DNA of 63,963 bases, the filler included, from Acidimicrobiia bacterium (GTDB lineage: Bacteria; Actinomycetota; Acidimicrobiia; Spongiisociales; CAZKJJ01): NCBI GenBank assembly GCA_046759765.1. It is 3 parts of 3 records of this genome, joined end to end, with 100 filler letters (N's around TTAATTAATTAA, not from the genome) between each part and the next. Parts side by side here need not be neighbours in the genome. Positions count along the whole stretch, not along the records: positions 57,426 to 63,963 come from JBHICV010000136.1; 2 more parts are not named here. One strand, 5' to 3'. The notes beneath the pieces were generated by a model. It saw only the letters and a list, made by a program, of their open reading frames with translations, had not been told where the DNA came from and searched no databases. Shown here piece after piece: positions 62,046 to 63,963 of this stretch. Both the position numbers and the translations under genes were made by a program. Each line of letters starts with the position of its first letter. Within the stretch, counting starts at the first letter, position 1.

Positions 62046-62063
62046 GAGGGATGCCGGGTCAGT

Positions 62064-63770
62064 TCAGGAAACAATGCCCCGCCAGATCTGGGTCGGAGGT
62101 GGGACGTACTCAGCAGGGTCGAACACGGGTTCCGGGCCGAACGCCTGCACTGCCGCGAAGACAACGTCCTCGAAGGCAAACACGGGGGTGAAGAGCGTCT
62201 CAACACCGAAGATGTCAACTGCCGATTGGGTGGTCCATTGCTGCCCATCAGGAGAGAACACGACCAGCGACTCCTGTCGCATGGGCTCGAACTGACCGTA
62301 GGCCTCCTGCTGAGCTGCCTCGATCTCCTCAAAGGTGACCGTGACGAGGTCCTCGCCCGAGTCCGGGTTGACGAACGTCATTGTCCGGTTGCCAGCATCG
62401 AAGGCGACCTGGTCCGGAACCTGCTCCATCCACGTGCTGACCTCCAGAAGGCTCTCGTCACCGCGGCTCACTACAACTAGTCCGTGCATCTCGTCGTGAG
62501 TGACCGTGATATCGCCTTTCGTTATCACGATGCTCGGCGGCTCCATCTCGACGAAGGGCTCCTCTGCGTAGCCCATGGCCACCGCCACGATCCCGTAGCT
62601 ACTGGCCGAAAGCGACCCGAAATGCCACATTATGTCGTCACTGAACAGCCCAGTGGGTGTGAGCGACTTCCAGGTCTCCGCGTCGCTCGAGGCAATTAAC
62701 TCCGAAGAGCCGAATCCGGAGTCATTGGTAGCAATCAGTTGATTCCCAAACACCGCGATCTGGCCGATCCCTTCCGGGGCGCGCGTGGTCTCCCAGCTCA
62801 GGCCATCGCGGGAAGTCCATAGCAGCGGTCCGAGGAGCCCGTATCCGTGGGCGATGAACTCCCCACGTGGTCCTAACACAACCTCGTGGATTGACTCCTC
62901 CCCTCCGAGGGAATCCGAGGCGTCCCAGGACCGCAGGTCATCCGAAGTCCACATGATGCCGCCCGCATCTCCCGGTCCCATGAAAAACTGATCAGTCACC
63001 TCTGGGGCGACGCCCAGTTCCTCGAAGGTGGCGCTGAAAATGGTGATCCCGAGCGGAGCGTGGATCTGGATCGAGAAGGGTGGCCCGCCCATGCCCGTGC
63101 TGAAGCTTGTGGATCCAAGGAGGTCGCGATACTCGCCGGGTATGGCCGCTTCTATGACGCTCTCGACATCCGGGTGGGCCGAGCCGAAGACCACCGCTCG
63201 CTCCTCGGTCGCGGCAACTGCCTGGGCGTTGGCCGCATAGTCGATCCCGGGCTCGGCTTTAAAGGGAAGGTCATGTCGCTCCCAGCTGGTTCCGTCCCCT
63301 GATGTCCAAACGGCAGGCGCCCCCGCCGACATACTGAAGGCTGTGGTGTGTATCGGGCTTTCATGAAACGCACCAACAGCCAGGATTTGATCGCCGGTGG
63401 AGGCCACGTCGAACAGGCTGGCACGGGCTATAACGACACCGAGGTCGGACCACTGCCGTCCATCATCGGAGCGGTAGGCCCGAACACCGGGCGTCTTCTC
63501 GGCTAGCCCGTCGAAATCAGCACCGAACGCTAGATAGCTGCCGTCGAACTCAACGACGGAGTCCAGAAAGGCCAAGTCCAGCGTTCCGCCCGCCTCCCAC
63601 GACAACGGCCCACTCTTTTGAGTATCCCGGCTGGCAAAGAAGCCGATCGCAACCGCGGCCAGAACCGCCAGCACGACTAGCGAGGCGATGAGTACTGCGG
63701 TCTCTCGACGTTGGGCAGCGGTGTTATCCGGCAAGGGAGGATCGGTACTCCCTGAGCCGTTGGTAGCCAT
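62064..63770 (-). CDS. Membrane-anchored extracytoplasmic protein with Asp-box-like (S.DG..W) repeats
   Basis: N-terminal TM; repeated YRSDDGRQW, WTSGDGTSW, WTSDDLRSW, WTSRDGLSW, FSPDGQQW; probable beta-propeller. Confidence 0.75.
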   Translation of the reverse strand: MATNGSGSTDPPLPDNTAAQRRETAVLIASLVVLAVLAAVAIGFFASRDTQKSGPLSWEAGGTLDLAFLDSVVEFDGSYLAFGADFDGLAEKTPGVRAYRSDDGRQWSDLGVVIARASLFDVASTGDQILAVGAFHESPIHTTAFSMSAGAPAVWTSGDGTSWERHDLPFKAEPGIDYAANAQAVAATEERAVVFGSAHPDVESVIEAAIPGEYRDLLGSTSFSTGMGGPPFSIQIHAPLGITIFSATFEELGVAPEVTDQFFMGPGDAGGIMWTSDDLRSWDASDSLGGEESIHEVVLGPRGEFIAHGYGLLGPLLWTSRDGLSWETTRAPEGIGQIAVFGNQLIATNDSGFGSSELIASSDAETWKSLTPTGLFSDDIMWHFGSLSASSYGIVAVAMGYAEEPFVEMEPPSIVITKGDITVTHDEMHGLVVVSRGDESLLEVSTWMEQVPDQVAFDAGNRTMTFVNPDSGEDLVTVTFEEIEAAQQEAYGQFEPMRQESLVVFSPDGQQWTTQSAVDIFGVETLFTPVFAFEDVVFAAVQAFGPEPVFDPAEYVPPPTQIWRGIVS

Positions 63771-63915
63771 GCCCTGCTCCTCCATCTACCGCGGCAGTCT
63801 TCACTCCGAACGCTACGGAAACGTTACGACCGCCGGAACCGTTTCCGAAGCCTCGAGGCCCAACGACGTCCTCGTGATTCAGGGGTCTAGATCTTGTCTC
63901 AGGCTGGCTGTATGA

Positions 63916-63931
63916 TCGAACATATGTTCGA
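63916..63931 (+). promoter_or_regulatory. Perfect LexA (SOS) box
   Basis: TCGAACATATGTTCGA palindrome overlapping a -10 TATGAT (63911-63916), then GAGGAG and an ATG at 63947 that runs off the window. Confidence 0.9.
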
Positions 63932-63963
63932 TTGAGGAGTGAGCTGATGTCTGAGTGGGAGAG

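Overview
High-GC bacterial DNA, most consistent with an actinobacterium of the Acidimicrobiia type (inferred from gene order, the PIM lipid genes, an F420-dependent enzyme, Actinobacteria-type LexA boxes and apparent leaderless promoters). The window is three contigs joined by artificial 100-nt N/TTAATTAATTAA linkers (29065-29164, 57326-57425), so adjacency across those points is not real evidence. Contig 1 carries adk-map-rpmJ-rpsMKD-rpoA-rplQ with no infA, then rnhB, truA, rplM-rpsI-glmM, a clear glmS ribozyme ahead of glmS, acpS-nnr-alr-udg-tsaEB-rimI-tsaD, tandem CIRCE-groES-groEL, an aromatic amino acid decarboxylase and trpS. Contig 2 opens with an accessory block: DUF2252, an F420-dependent oxidoreductase, a eukaryote-like protein arginine methyltransferase (PRMT) directly upstream of a small SHOCT protein starting MRGRGRGR followed by 11 consecutive Arg, an sthA-like gene with an amber stop, and an archaeal/eukaryotic-type DRG GTPase. 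It continues with thrS, gltA, an EF-G paralog, pgsA-patA-pimA, pdxST, yebC, ruvCAB, queA and tgt. Contig 3 has a PD-(D/E)XK-like gene, agmatinase, an ABC-2 exporter and a perfect LexA box. The best candidate for an undescribed system is the PRMT plus its adjacent RG/poly-Arg putative substrate. There is also a family of intergenic heptamer-periodic palindromic repeats and several decayed genes.
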